The notes under the pieces are model-generated. The model saw only the letters and a list, made by a program, of their open reading frames with translations. It did no database searches and had not been told where the DNA came from. A stretch of 63,988 nucleotides of DNA, counting the filler, from Basidiobolus ranarum (taxonomy: Eukaryota): NCBI GenBank assembly GCA_040143965.1. It is 4 parts of 4 records of this genome, joined end to end, with 100 filler letters (N's around TTAATTAATTAA, not from the genome) between each part and the next. Parts side by side here need not be neighbours in the genome. Positions count along the whole stretch, not along the records: positions 32,713 to 48,961 come from JASJQH010007225.1; positions 49,062 to 63,988 come from JASJQH010007280.1; 2 more parts are not named here. One strand, 5' to 3'. Numbering within the stretch: the first letter of the stretch is position 1; each line of letters begins with the position of its first letter. Of the stretch, positions 39,445 through 50,819 are shown piece after piece. The translations under genes were made by a program, and so were the position numbers.

Positions 39445-40156
39445 ATGGGTAAGTCATTAAAATCATCATAGCATTCCTCGTTACTAACAATGTATTACTT
39501 GATTAGTCCAAATCCAACAAGTCGCTCCTCAGTTCAAAGCTACCGCGGTGATCGAGGGTGAATTCCAAGAAGTGAATCTATCAGACTACATCGGTCAATA
39601 TGTCGTCCTTCTATTCTATCCTTTAGATTTTACCTTTGTCTGTCCCACAGAATTAGTCGCGTTCAGTGATCGTGTTTCCGAGTTTTCCGCAATGGGGGCA
39701 CAAGTTTTAGGAATATCGGTGGATTCCCAATTTACCCATCTTGCTTTCAATAACACCCCAAGAAACCAAGGAGGTCTTGGTGGTCTTAAATACCCTTTAA
39801 TTTCGGATATCACTCAGAATATTTCACGTCAATACGAAACGCTCATTGAGGAGGCTGGAGTAGCTGCTCGTGGATTATTCATCATCGATCCACAACAAAA
39901 AATTCGCATCAAGATTGTCAACGATTTGCCTGTTGGCAGATCCGTTGATGAGACCTTAAGGTTGTTAGAAGCAGTGAAATTCACCGACGAACATGGTATG
40001 GTTTGTCCAGCTAATTGGAAGCGCGGAGAAAATGCCATCAAGCCTAACCTTGTAGACTCCAAAGTATTCTTTGCGAATCAAACACAAAGCAAGGTGAACA
40101 ATTTAAAGCGCCCACCAACCTCACCTTTGTCTAATGATGAGAAACGTGTACGTTAA
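39445..40156 (+). CDS. Typical 2-Cys peroxiredoxin (AhpC/Prx1) with C-terminal extension
   Basis: ATG G | intron 39449-39506 | gives [29 protein letters not shown] (peroxidatic Cys), GGLG, VCPANW (resolving Cys). Confidence 0.95.
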
Positions 40157-40381
40157 GCTAACCTCAGTCTTCTACCAATCCATTCATATCATATACTTTC
40201 CAGATTTTTTACTGGGAATATTTTTCAATCATATTTAGACACACATTATACGATATCATCATGTATGAATTATTGAAGGATTTAGTGTTAATATCAACAC
40301 TGTAAAAACTAGACTATTAAATTACTCAACTTGTGTATATTTTTACACTAGAAATGTACCTACTTTTATTACACTTTGAGC

Positions 40382-41463
40382 TTATCTACCAAACCTTTGA
40401 TCACAGTTCGCGTACCGATATAATCCATTGATAAAATCTGCGTACACGACTTCTCCCTTGTAAATGCAATTGCTAACAAAACATAGGTTAGTATGCCAAG
40501 GCAATCTTAAAAGGTAATCTCAACATGTAGTAAATCGAACTCACTAGATTTCTGTAAGTCTAAGCTGCCATGGAGGAAATCCCTCTAACAATAGATGTTT
40601 CCCAAAGTGAAGTAATAGCTGTGGCTCTGGTATGTCTAACCAAGAAATGTTAAATTCTCTACACCAAAGAAGCATTAACGTTGGATAATACCTGCTAGAG
40701 CTTTATCTAGAGTGGATATATTGATTTCACTCAGTTTCAACTCTTCCTTCATCACCTTATGGGAAATTATTTTGGACATCTCCGCAATCGAATGTTTGCC
40801 AGAATCTTCTGAGAGTAGAATGATATGTAAATCTAGGACAACATAATGAATATTAATCTCTAAATAAAACCATCTTCATATTTGGTTTACCTGGCCTTTG
40901 AAATGCTCGTTGAGATATTCGAGTATCTGGTTTCTTTAACTCGTGTCTCACTAGGGAAAGTATGGTCGTAATACTGAAAATTGGAACTTCCTTTCTGCCA
41001 CACTCGACAAAATACTCTTCTGCAATTTCCACTATATCTTGACCTAGTTTCTCCAGCTCCTTTTGGGAATAAACTAGCAAAGAAAAATTAAAGACAGTCC
41101 CATATTTAGAATATGTGCGCAACATGAGCGAATTCCCAATAACATATTAACGATACAATAATGCCAGCAATTACCATGAGGACTAAAGACTGTTAGGCAT
41201 GGGATACCTGCTGAAACACACCAAGAGCCTAGGTTTGCAATAGAAACAGCAAGGTATTCTTTGGCAATATCCAGAGGAAGGATAATTCCCAAATCTCTAG
41301 GTAACTTCGGTAGTGGTTTCACTTGAGCATCCACAGTTTTCAAGTTTGGTCGAGAGTTATCTGCAAAGATATTTCGGCAAAAGTGTATAGAATCAAGAAG
41401 ACATCGATTTATCTTGAAAAGCAAATGAAATACAAACAACAGGAAGGTATACAACCACTGCAT
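40382..41463 (-). CDS. NUS1: Dehydrodolichyl diphosphate synthase subunit Nus1/NgBR
   Basis: LPKLPRDLGII, WCVSAGIPCLTVF, LSEDSGK, PEPQLLL..LEGFPPWQLRLTEI, C-terminal DQRFGR* (RxG motif); multi-exon. Confidence 0.9.
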
Positions 41464-41579
41464 ACCAATATTTTTGGTTTATTTGTTCCTTGACTTTACA
41501 GTGGAGTTTTGTTATGCTTAGATAGGTGCTGAAATGGCAATCCCATTATCGATTAGTTAATCCAAAAAAAACCACTAAA

Positions 41580-42457
41580 ATGGTTTGTGATTCGTTTATT
41601 CGTCCAATCGAACTGGTAAAACTTGTTGAATTTCTTTTCACCAGAGATGATAGATATTATACTGTTCCAAATGATTATTTCAGCTCAGTCCTATCTGCAA
41701 GCGATTTATTTGAAATGACGAACTTCGGGTGTGATACTTCATATGACATAAAGGAATTTCAAGAAACCACCCAGGTGTGGAATGAGGACAATGATAGATA
41801 TTTGGAGAAATATTTTACAAAACATTATTTCGGTCAGTCAAAGATTTCTCCTTCCCTTTGTATGCCTTTTTTTCCTCTATCGATGCTGACTCTTTGTATT
41901 AAAGTGAATGAAACCACAGAAAATGAAGATCAATACGTGATGCAGGCCCCTAATAAGTACGATTTTCGAATTATACATGTGTACTTTTTGCTGTTGAATT
42001 CATGTGATTTTACTTTAGACTGTGTATTGTTGGTTTAGCCCTCAATCATCCATTACTAGCTTCAGGGGCTTCTCCTATCAAAAGCATCGACTTTTCCGAA
42101 GCTGCATTGAATAACAAAGTGCAAGGGAAAAGAAAGAAAGGGGCTCTTTGGCTTGACCCACGTACGACCATTTGTAAAATTACCCTTGAGAATGACGAGG
42201 TCTTTACGATTCGTGCAGGTGTCCACAGTCAACTGATGGAAGTTAATGAGAGTATTGTCAAGAACCCACAGATCCTTCTTACTGAAGTAAGTTGTCCATA
42301 ATAATCGTCGAAACACTATCGCTACATACTTAGTTTTTTGCAGTCTCAATCGAAGGGATATATAGCTATTATGAAGCCCAGGTCCGATAATTCCGAAATC
42401 GCTCTTAAGGAATGCCAGAACGAGGAAAACTATAGAAAGCTCAGAAATATTTCTTAA
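41580..42457 (+). CDS. ABITRAM: ABITRAM/FAM206A/Simiate-like protein (glycine-cleavage-H-like fold)
   Basis: Spliced EDQYVMQAPNK-LCIVGLALNHPLL, NKVQGKRKKGALWL, IRAGVHSQLMEVNE..NPQIL, EGYIAIMKP; start either 41580 or 41715. Confidence 0.8.
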
Positions 42458-42651
42458 ATATAGAATATAAATCTTAGACCAACTACTCCTTCCAAGGCTA
42501 ATATTTGTTATCTCACACAATTAGCACATTGAGGAATAAAAAATCCATTCACATTTATTCATTATATTACACAGAGCCCCTACTACATTGTTGATGAATA
42601 GCACCTATATCAGTCTACTATTGTAATGACCTACAAGAAGAGTTGGGTATG

Positions 42652-43630
42652 TCACGAGGATTTATCTTTTTTGGATTTTAATTTCTTCCACAGACGTGAT
42701 TTCTGTCTCTCCACGTATGTAAGCTTACTACGAGTTGTACCGAGGACTTCTAGAAGCGCATTACTATGAGAAAGTGCCTCCTACAAAAGCGATTATCGTC
42801 AACAATGACCGTAGTGTACTGATATTAGTCTAAATGCTTACCTGTACAGCCTCCCATGTTTTGAAATATTCTTCTTTGGAAATTTCTTCATCATCGATGT
42901 CATCTTTAGCAGAAGGTTCATCACGTTGCAAGATAGTTACCAGTCTACGTAGATTACGATTTCTCTTGCTTTCGTTTTCGATCATCTCCATAAGTTTAAT
43001 AATATAGAATTCCAACTTCTTATCTTTGATGATACGTCGATATTGGTATTTCGTGGTAAAGTCTTCCAGTTTCTCTGGTGGGGATAGAAGTTCTATATTT
43101 GGAACAGATAATACGTTAACACAAATACAAAAAATCGAGCAGGGGTGAGAACGAACCTTCGATATTAACATCAGCAGAAGAGTCAACATTCTCCATTTCT
43201 GAGGAAGAGTTCGTCCTCTTGGAATTTCCGGATGTTTCCTACAAAATTCTTTAGTAATATGTAGAGAATAGTACATGCTAGTTTTATTACTTTTCCATTT
43301 CCAATGGTAGCTTTAAATGTCCATAAACGTGTATTTCCATGTACGTGATCTGCGCCTAATTTCAGTAAAGTACGTAGTCAAGGAATATTACATATTTTAA
43401 AAGATTATTGTCTTGTTATTCTTTGCCATCATAAAAAAGATATATTTTTTGCCACGGTTATGAGGACAGAAACCAATTTCTTCGGAATCACTGGGTTCCG
43501 TATCTATACTCACGTAAGTACAACAGTGAAATCTAGTTAGTGTGCGTTTGTATAAGTTATTTTCATATTATTGAGCTCGCTAGAAACCTGAGAATAAGGG
43601 TCTGCTTGAATTGAGTGGATCGGCTTCCAT
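42652..43630 (-). CDS. RXT2: Rxt2-like (Rpd3L/Sin3 HDAC complex subunit, RXT2_N domain)
   Basis: Multi-exon: MEADPLNSSRP, SDSEE..HNRGKK, VNIEELLSPPEKLED, LMEMIENESK..LRRLVTILQRD; ends KKLKSKKDKSS*. Confidence 0.6.
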
Positions 43631-43907
43631 TGTTAAAGTTAAGGACGTCTTTACTTCAGAAACACAGTGTCTTAGTTACAGAAATAATTTAACTTAAAAT
43701 TAGAATGTTGTATTGTCCATATCACATGATTCCAAAATTTCATTCAATTGTCGTGATCACTTGTATCGCTAAAAACTTCCACACCTTATATGATTAGTTA
43801 GGTAGTAACCAATTTTTTTGTTGGTAAACAAACTACACTCTTTAACAAAGTATACACTTGAAAATACTCGGAATATCCGACTACTCTTCAGTCTATCCTT
43901 ATTTTTA

Positions 43908-44264
43908 ATGTTCTCTTCTAAACATACACACAATTTCCCCCAGGTAAGTGTTTATTTAGCCTGTGAAAGGGTGAATATAGTTTAAGATTTTTCCTTTTTA
44001 TAGCTGGAATGCGATGGTCATGAAGCTTGGGCTGGAGAATACATATATCCTAATGGTTGGACAGCCATAGGATCTAAACGAGTCGTTGCCAAGGTTTGAC
44101 TTTTTAGTGTTTGATATATATTTATCTTTAGTTTGTTGATTTTCTGTTACTTCTAGATTGCCGATCCACATTGGAACCTTCAACGTGATCCCTATATGAA
44201 GAACGCCATTACATTATTTGCCATTGTATTTACTATCCTATTCGTCAATACTTTTGTATTATAA
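43908..44264 (+). CDS. Three-exon 77-aa protein with C-terminal transmembrane segment (absent from the ORF track)
   Basis: Exons 43908-43943, 44004-44093 and 44157-44264 joined by phase-0 introns (GTAAGT..TAG, 60 nt; GTTTGA..CTAG, 63 nt). Confidence 0.6.
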
Positions 44265-45521
44265 TATTGAATTAACGAACTCTCCGATGCGAGTTTCTTC
44301 ACTGTGGTCTATTCATATGTACTCTTATGTTTCCCCGATTAAAGTAGATCTCTAGATGTAACTTGTACTCTATTTTTGAAAGTATATTAAGATTTACAAG
44401 CAAGTTTCAGTATAATGCTCAGCCCATTCACTTCTTATTCTGAAGCGAATAATCGTTAGTGAAATACGAAAGTAAATATTTCCAACATTATCTTTTCTCT
44501 CGAATACATTATAGTACGTTGATGTACTGCTGCAAAGACTTTATATGGAGAATCATGGAGCTTATCCATACAAATTGAGTATTAGTTATTAGAGGCAATA
44601 TATATTAGCAATTTGTTGGATCTTTTCTATGTGCAATATATATATAAATCAATTAGCATTACATACTTTTGGCAATTAAGACATTCACGATGCATATCCA
44701 TGGAGCTAGCCCCAAGTCTCTACTGTGATGATTATTATCTATTCATATAGCTTCATATGATCGGATCAATTCCAAATGACAGAACTGTAGGTTGCTCCAT
44801 CCAGCCGTTGGTCCTTCTATCGGGCCTTCGAATGTCTATCGACTTAAATTGGCATGAACATTTGCATAACGTTTGCATAAGTTTGTTAACTATTTATACA
44901 TCGTGGTCTGTGTGATCTATTTCTAACACATTGTCTCTCTTGTCAAATGCGCTAGGGATGTCGGAAAATTACTCACAAATTAAGATATGTTTTTCAACTT
45001 CACTAGGATTTCTTGTATATTGGTAGGGAGCTCACTCATCTATACTTCCGAGTCTCGGTTTCCTAGAAGCAGAACCATATCATTCTAATGAAAGGTCTAT
45101 TGATATACCTGTTGTTGATATCTGCTAAGCTGAGGTAAATATTTAGTCAATGGTCGAGATCACTTTTTATCAGAGCTGCTTATGGTGAAGTAAACGAGAG
45201 AAAGATAGCCCACCTTAATTAACCCCAAATTGGTCTCCTTAAATCACTTTATTCCTAACAGTCAAGAGAAACGCATTACCTTGCATTCTTACCCATACTA
45301 AAGGCTGCCCTATGCCTTTTCATGCGAGTTAGAATTTCTGTGGATCGAGTCAGCCTCTATATAACCATCTCTCCTGGCAGTTTGAGGTGAAATATTGGTT
45401 GAAAATCCTCAATCTTACTGAGGACACAACTCCTGAACTAGAAGTATTTGATATATCCACAAGGATTCTCCACTGTCTTCCAAATCCTGGTATTCAATCC
45501 AATCTCCATGTCTGCCCCATA

Positions 45522-46808
45522 ATGTTTGAGCCTCACAAAATCAGTCTTGAGCAAAGTCAGACATTAGTCAGTGTGGCTATTCCTTTGAATCTTATCTCCA
45601 TGTTCTCCAATCTGTTGGTTATTCTTATTTTTATGATATTTCTCAATTTCAAAAGTCACCTGGTCAACCGAGTCTCTCTAAGGTTAACATTTGCTGTTGC
45701 CATAGTGAACTTCTTCTATTCTACTTTTCAAATCGTTAGTGATGTCTCTCAGGAGAGCGGGATTTTGTGTGGTTTAAGTGTTTGGGGTTACATTCAAACA
45801 TCCCATTTATCCACTTTTCTAACTGTTATGATCGCATTCAATGTTCAAGTAATCTTCATTCACGGAAAGCGTCAGACACAAACATACGAAAAGTATTATT
45901 TCTCTATTTCGGTATTGCTCTCGTTGGCCATTTCTCTACCTCCCTTACTTAGTGGAAGATTGGGGCATGATTTGTATCAGGAATCATGTTGGTATAGTAT
46001 CTACGAGGCATCTGAACGGATACTCTGGACCTGGGCCACTCTTTACTGCTGGACCATGTTAGGGGTTTTTTATTGTTGTATAGTGGTGGTATTGGTAATG
46101 ATCAAGATCACTCGAGAGCGTCAGAGAAGAAAGAAGTTCCTCACCAGTGATTCTATCGCCACTCGATCGACCATGAATAAAGTTGTGCGTCGAGTGATTC
46201 TCTATCCAGTTATTCCAGTTCTTAGTCAAACGTTTAATCTGATTTCGGAATTGGATATTTATTGGAATAAGAGGGTGGACTATACTTACCTTTTACTTTC
46301 TTTTATTGGAACCTCATCTCAAGGAATCCTAAATGCTATGCTATTTTTTATCGATCCTGCCATACAAAATGCTTGGTCGGAATTAAAGGATGATCTGATA
46401 TTGAATTATCACTTTCGGTGCGAGACATTTCGACCCATTGTACTTGATGGTAGCCTGAAAGTGGAGCACCCAAAAACTGCGTCCATCCTCAATTTTTTGG
46501 TGAAGAAGGTTCTTCTAAGTCGAGCTGATGCCACTCGACTATCACATAAAGACGAATCTATGGATCTTCGATGCTTCACAGTAGAGCCATTAAAGAAGGC
46601 GATACTTCATCAATCGAATCGATACACTTCCAGTTTCGTTCTATGTCACGACTCACTTCCGAAAAGCTCAACATCCAATCCACCTAAAGCTAGCTTAAAT
46701 ACTGGATTGGATTTTTCTGGTATTAATCTCATACAAGAAGCCATCTCCATATACCACTGTCAAGATACCGAATATGATGGCGAAAATCAGTTTATATGTT
46801 ACATGTGA
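45522..46808 (+). CDS. cAMP-receptor-like / Git3-like fungal GPCR, intronless
   Basis: 7 TM segments; NRVSLRL, LCGLSVW, YEKYYF, ESCWY, RRVILYPVIP, SQGILNAMLFFIDPA; TATA-like tatataa near 45358; first ATG 45522. Confidence 0.85.
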   Translation: MFEPHKISLEQSQTLVSVAIPLNLISMFSNLLVILIFMIFLNFKSHLVNRVSLRLTFAVAIVNFFYSTFQIVSDVSQESGILCGLSVWGYIQTSHLSTFLTVMIAFNVQVIFIHGKRQTQTYEKYYFSISVLLSLAISLPPLLSGRLGHDLYQESCWYSIYEASERILWTWATLYCWTMLGVFYCCIVVVLVMIKITRERQRRKKFLTSDSIATRSTMNKVVRRVILYPVIPVLSQTFNLISELDIYWNKRVDYTYLLLSFIGTSSQGILNAMLFFIDPAIQNAWSELKDDLILNYHFRCETFRPIVLDGSLKVEHPKTASILNFLVKKVLLSRADATRLSHKDESMDLRCFTVEPLKKAILHQSNRYTSSFVLCHDSLPKSSTSNPPKASLNTGLDFSGINLIQEAISIYHCQDTEYDGENQFICYM

Positions 46809-47040
46809 CTCTTGGGGCTGGGGTTTGCTTAAAATATTTTGACTGTTAAATAATACATAATCGGATTCATTGGTATGTTTGTTGTCAAGCATGTTGATAA
46901 AATCGCTCATCTCAGATGCAAATGGTCATTTATTGAATTGATAGTGATTACAGAATAACAGGAGCTAGTAGGCATTACTGGACGAGTATGCATATATATG
47001 TATATATAGATATAATAAAAGTATACTTGATATTAGTCGG

Positions 47041-48054
47041 TTAAGAGATGGGGCAATTAGGGATCTTAGCTTTGAGTTTACGGTCAGTGGTTAGTAATCC
47101 CCAATTCCCCTCTAAAACGGTGAATTGCTGAGTCTTCCATGGCTCATCTAGCGCCTCAAACCAAAAGTATTCAATTCCTTGACTATTGGCTTGACATAAG
47201 AAATTGTCTAAGAAATATTGTAAATTTGCCATAGAAGCCACTGCTCCTCTTTCAGGATCTCCTTTGGTAGGCCATCCGACTTCAGAGATTATCGCCTGCC
47301 TGCCAGCGGCTTTAGAGGGCACAACTATGTTTTGCTGAAAGTAGTTTAAGGTCCAGTTTGCCGCATCAGATACCAATGTTCCCGCAAAATACGGGTGAAT
47401 ATTTGCAAGTGAAAAGTCAACATGATTCATTAACTCTGGGGTATAGTTGGAGCCTAAATCCGATGTAGTGACAGGTATATTGTAGCCTAATCCTTTCAGT
47501 TGTTGACGAACATCTGATATATGGGAATATAACTCTTGATGGGATATTTCTTTGCGAAAAAAAGCTTCGTTACCAACCGAAATCCCGTATATATGTTGTG
47601 GACCGAATCTCTTGATGGTATTAAAGAGATCTTGAGATTGACGCTGATATGTGGTGGAGTTTCCATCTACCCACACAGTCAACACCACTTTAACATCAAC
47701 CTTTAAATCTTGAATAGCTTGCAGTGTAAATTCCGCTTGATTACAGTCCATGCCATATAGCCTCAATCGTGATGTGAGTTGAGATAAAACTTTGATATCC
47801 TCGGTAATGTCTTGTTGTTTGCTTCCACAAATCGGGAATTGCGCATTCAACGGGGTATAATCAATTCCCCAGAACGATTTGTGTAAGCTGGGATCCAAAG
47901 TTGTGGAGTTCAAAGGAGATGAGTCCAAAAATCGATTACCTCGAGTGAGGAAATATCCAAGTAGCCCACCCATAACCGCTAGAACGATCACTACTGCCAC
48001 TCCTATACTTATGTTTCTTGCTCCGGGAGAAATCTTACGGGCCATCATGTTCAT
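47041..48054 (-). CDS. GH17 beta-1,3-glucanase/glucanosyltransferase with N-terminal membrane anchor (BtgC-like)
   Basis: LHKSFWGIDYTP, RLRLYGMDCNQ, ISVGNE (acid/base), ANIHPYF, IISEVGWP (nucleophile), FWFEALDEPWK. Confidence 0.92.
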   Translation of the reverse strand: MNMMARKISPGARNISIGVAVVIVLAVMGGLLGYFLTRGNRFLDSSPLNSTTLDPSLHKSFWGIDYTPLNAQFPICGSKQQDITEDIKVLSQLTSRLRLYGMDCNQAEFTLQAIQDLKVDVKVVLTVWVDGNSTTYQRQSQDLFNTIKRFGPQHIYGISVGNEAFFRKEISHQELYSHISDVRQQLKGLGYNIPVTTSDLGSNYTPELMNHVDFSLANIHPYFAGTLVSDAANWTLNYFQQNIVVPSKAAGRQAIISEVGWPTKGDPERGAVASMANLQYFLDNFLCQANSQGIEYFWFEALDEPWKTQQFTVLEGNWGLLTTDRKLKAKIPNCPIS

Positions 48055-48961
48055 TAAACTGGATATCACTTGATTCTCTTAAGTACATTTATTCTCGCTG
48101 ACTTATCAATACTTTACCCATGATTCCACCAATAGTTGCGCTCCTTTGGTGAGATGTGACTACAAGAAATTACATCTGATCGACTTAGCCACCAGTGTTC
48201 ACAATTAAGAATGGTTCAATATAATGAATATATATACTTGCCTAGATTAATCTAAAACGAGGTATCTGACTCATCTTCCTTACCTAGAAATTTCCTAATG
48301 CAAAAGCTATATAAAAAAATTTACTCCCAATCCGCTGTTATGCATAGATTCTTTTTCGACCATACCAAGCTACGTGTATGATATGCATCACCTTAGAATG
48401 AGCTACTAATGTAAACGTGGCTGAACAAAAATTCATTCATACCTTCCAGGAATCTACGCATATTTGTGGGTAGTCATCCTTTTAACTCAACTAATTTGCT
48501 GTTTGATTCCACCAGTGCAATAGAGTAGAAGATATGCAATGTTCTTTTAAATATTGAACTAATTTTTCAGCATATTTAGATTTTCTTTTGAAAATGGATT
48601 ACAATTGTTAACTATTTAGCTAATGGAAAATTAAAAAACTCAATGAGTACCCAAACTTATCAAATTAAAAATCTTAAATTGTTACTACTGAAATATGTTT
48701 CATATCTTGTTCAACTGAGAACATACAATACAGCAGCTATATTTTGTGCTTCTTGTATTGGTAAATATGTTCATCATGTTGCAAGGTTCTAGCTACCTTG
48801 CAGTTCAATGAATGTTTGAGTGATGCCATGAAAATTAGTTGTCAAATTTTAAACAATATAATGTTGAATTAATAATATTTTATTAATAAACAATTTACAT
48901 ATTATTTTCAAGTTCAATTGTGTGTCAGATTTCACTCTTGAACAGTATTGACTATGTAAAT

Positions 48962-49061
48962 NNNNNNNNNNNNNNNNNNNNNNNNNNNNNNNNNNNNNNN
49001 NNNNNTTAATTAATTAANNNNNNNNNNNNNNNNNNNNNNNNNNNNNNNNNNNNNNNNNNNN
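48962..49061. other. Artificial contig linker
   Basis: N44-TTAATTAATTAA-N44. Confidence 0.97.
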
Positions 49062-50251
49062 TAGTTCTCAACGCGCTCGGCTTCCTTCTTGTACAAAACG
49101 AATACAAGCACACGGTTCTTGCGACTCTTGTGATATTTCTGTAACAATTCATGAAGTCTTCTTTCCTTCTGATGGGGATCCTCAATTACCTCCACGATTT
49201 GAGTTACACTGTGACTAACGGCAAGATCATCAGAACCAATGGTGACCTTGACTGGCTTAACAAGGAAATCATTGGCCAACTTGCGGATACTTTCGGGCCA
49301 AGTGGCACTGAACATGACAGTTTGGCGGTTAGCATTAGTCTGAGAAATGATGGAACGAATAGCTTGTTCGAAACCAAAATCAAGCATTCTATCGGCCTCA
49401 TCCAAAACCAAGAAAGATACATTGCTGAGATCACAGACACCTTCCTCCACTAAGTCCATGAGTCTGCCTGGGGTAGCAACAAGAAATTGAGCTCCAGATT
49501 TGAGGGCTCTTTTTTGTTGATCCTTAGGGACACCACCATAAATGCAAACACTGGAGATGCCACAAGCCTTACCGACTTCCTCGGCAGTTTCTTGACTTTG
49601 CATAACAAGTTCGCGAGTAGGGGCAAGGACAAGTACAGTGGGCTTGTCAGCCTTCTTGGTACCAAAGCCAGGTTGTCCCTTGATATGGGTGACAGCTGGA
49701 AGAGTAAAGGCTAAAGTCTTTCCTGAACCAGTTTCAGCGATACCAATGACATCACGTCCTGACATAACAATAGGCCAACAACTAGACTGAATTGGGGTAG
49801 GAGTGGTGAACTTTTTGCAGAAACCTAATATATCGTCAGAGAAACCAGCTTGGGTGAATTTCTGGAGTGGTCTGAACTCTTGGTCAGTAGTAAGAGTGAT
49901 ACCATGCTTTTCAAAGTAGGTTTGAACTTCACTCTGTTCAAGAGCTTGAACTTCAGGATGAACTTGGTAAAAGCACTTTCTAATACCGCCTTCAAGAGGA
50001 GCTTCTGACACAGGGGTAGAGACTGGTTCAGCTTCAACCTTCTTTGATTTCTTTGACTTTTTATCAGCGTCTTCCTCTCTATCTCTCTTCTTATCCTTTT
50101 TCTCTTTCTTTTCTTTCTTCTCTTTTTTGTCCTTCTTTTCTTTCTTTGGAGTTTCAACGGAAGTATTCTTATCCTTCTTGGATTTTTTCTTCAGCTCTCT
50201 ATCAACAGAGTTAAGCTGAGCTTTAGAGGTTTCTTCAGAGATGGCGGGCAT
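49062..50251 (-). CDS. DBP3: DEAD-box RNA helicase Dbp3 (3' end missing)
   Basis: KKE-repeat N-terminus, PTPIQ, AETGSGKT, PTREL, TPGRL, DEAD, SATWP, NRVLVFVLYKKEA. Confidence 0.93.
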
Positions 50252-50819
50252 TATATCTATTAAGAAGGGGAACTAGAAAAAAACTACTCCGCTAAAATAA
50301 GAAAGAAATGTAGGGAATAAGGACAACGAAGGAAGTAAACCAACTTGAGTAACTTCATTATTTAATTGAGTTTTTTTTTCAAGAAAAATTTTATGAAAAA
50401 AATTCCATATTTATTGGGTCCTGTTCCTGATTTGGAGACTATAGAAGTCCCATATAGTAGTCACAAATGGAATGCAATACCGGATTAATCAACCTACTAT
50501 AGCCAGTGAGGGCGAAGTAATACCAACCAATACCCAACCATATAGTCGATATATGGGGGGGGGAGGAACAAAAGTAATGATTAAAGCAGTACAATTCTTG
50601 TTTAAACTACACTTTTTAACATATAGTCAATTTGTGCAAGTTGTAATCGAAGTTCGGATGAAATGTGGTTAAATTAAATTTATTTTAAATAAAAATGAGC
50701 TAGTTGATGTCTAGGAAGCATTTAGAGAACTAATTTCTAATAACAAAAGTATGTGTAAGTAATGTGTCCACAAGCGAATGTAGTAAAGGGGAGCGGGGGA
50801 GGGAATGGTTCGTTACTTT

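Noticed and set aside
39445-40156. Selenocysteine or stop-readthrough in the peroxiredoxin
   Set aside because: Both catalytic positions are TGT Cys, there is no in-frame TGA, and the stop is TAA.
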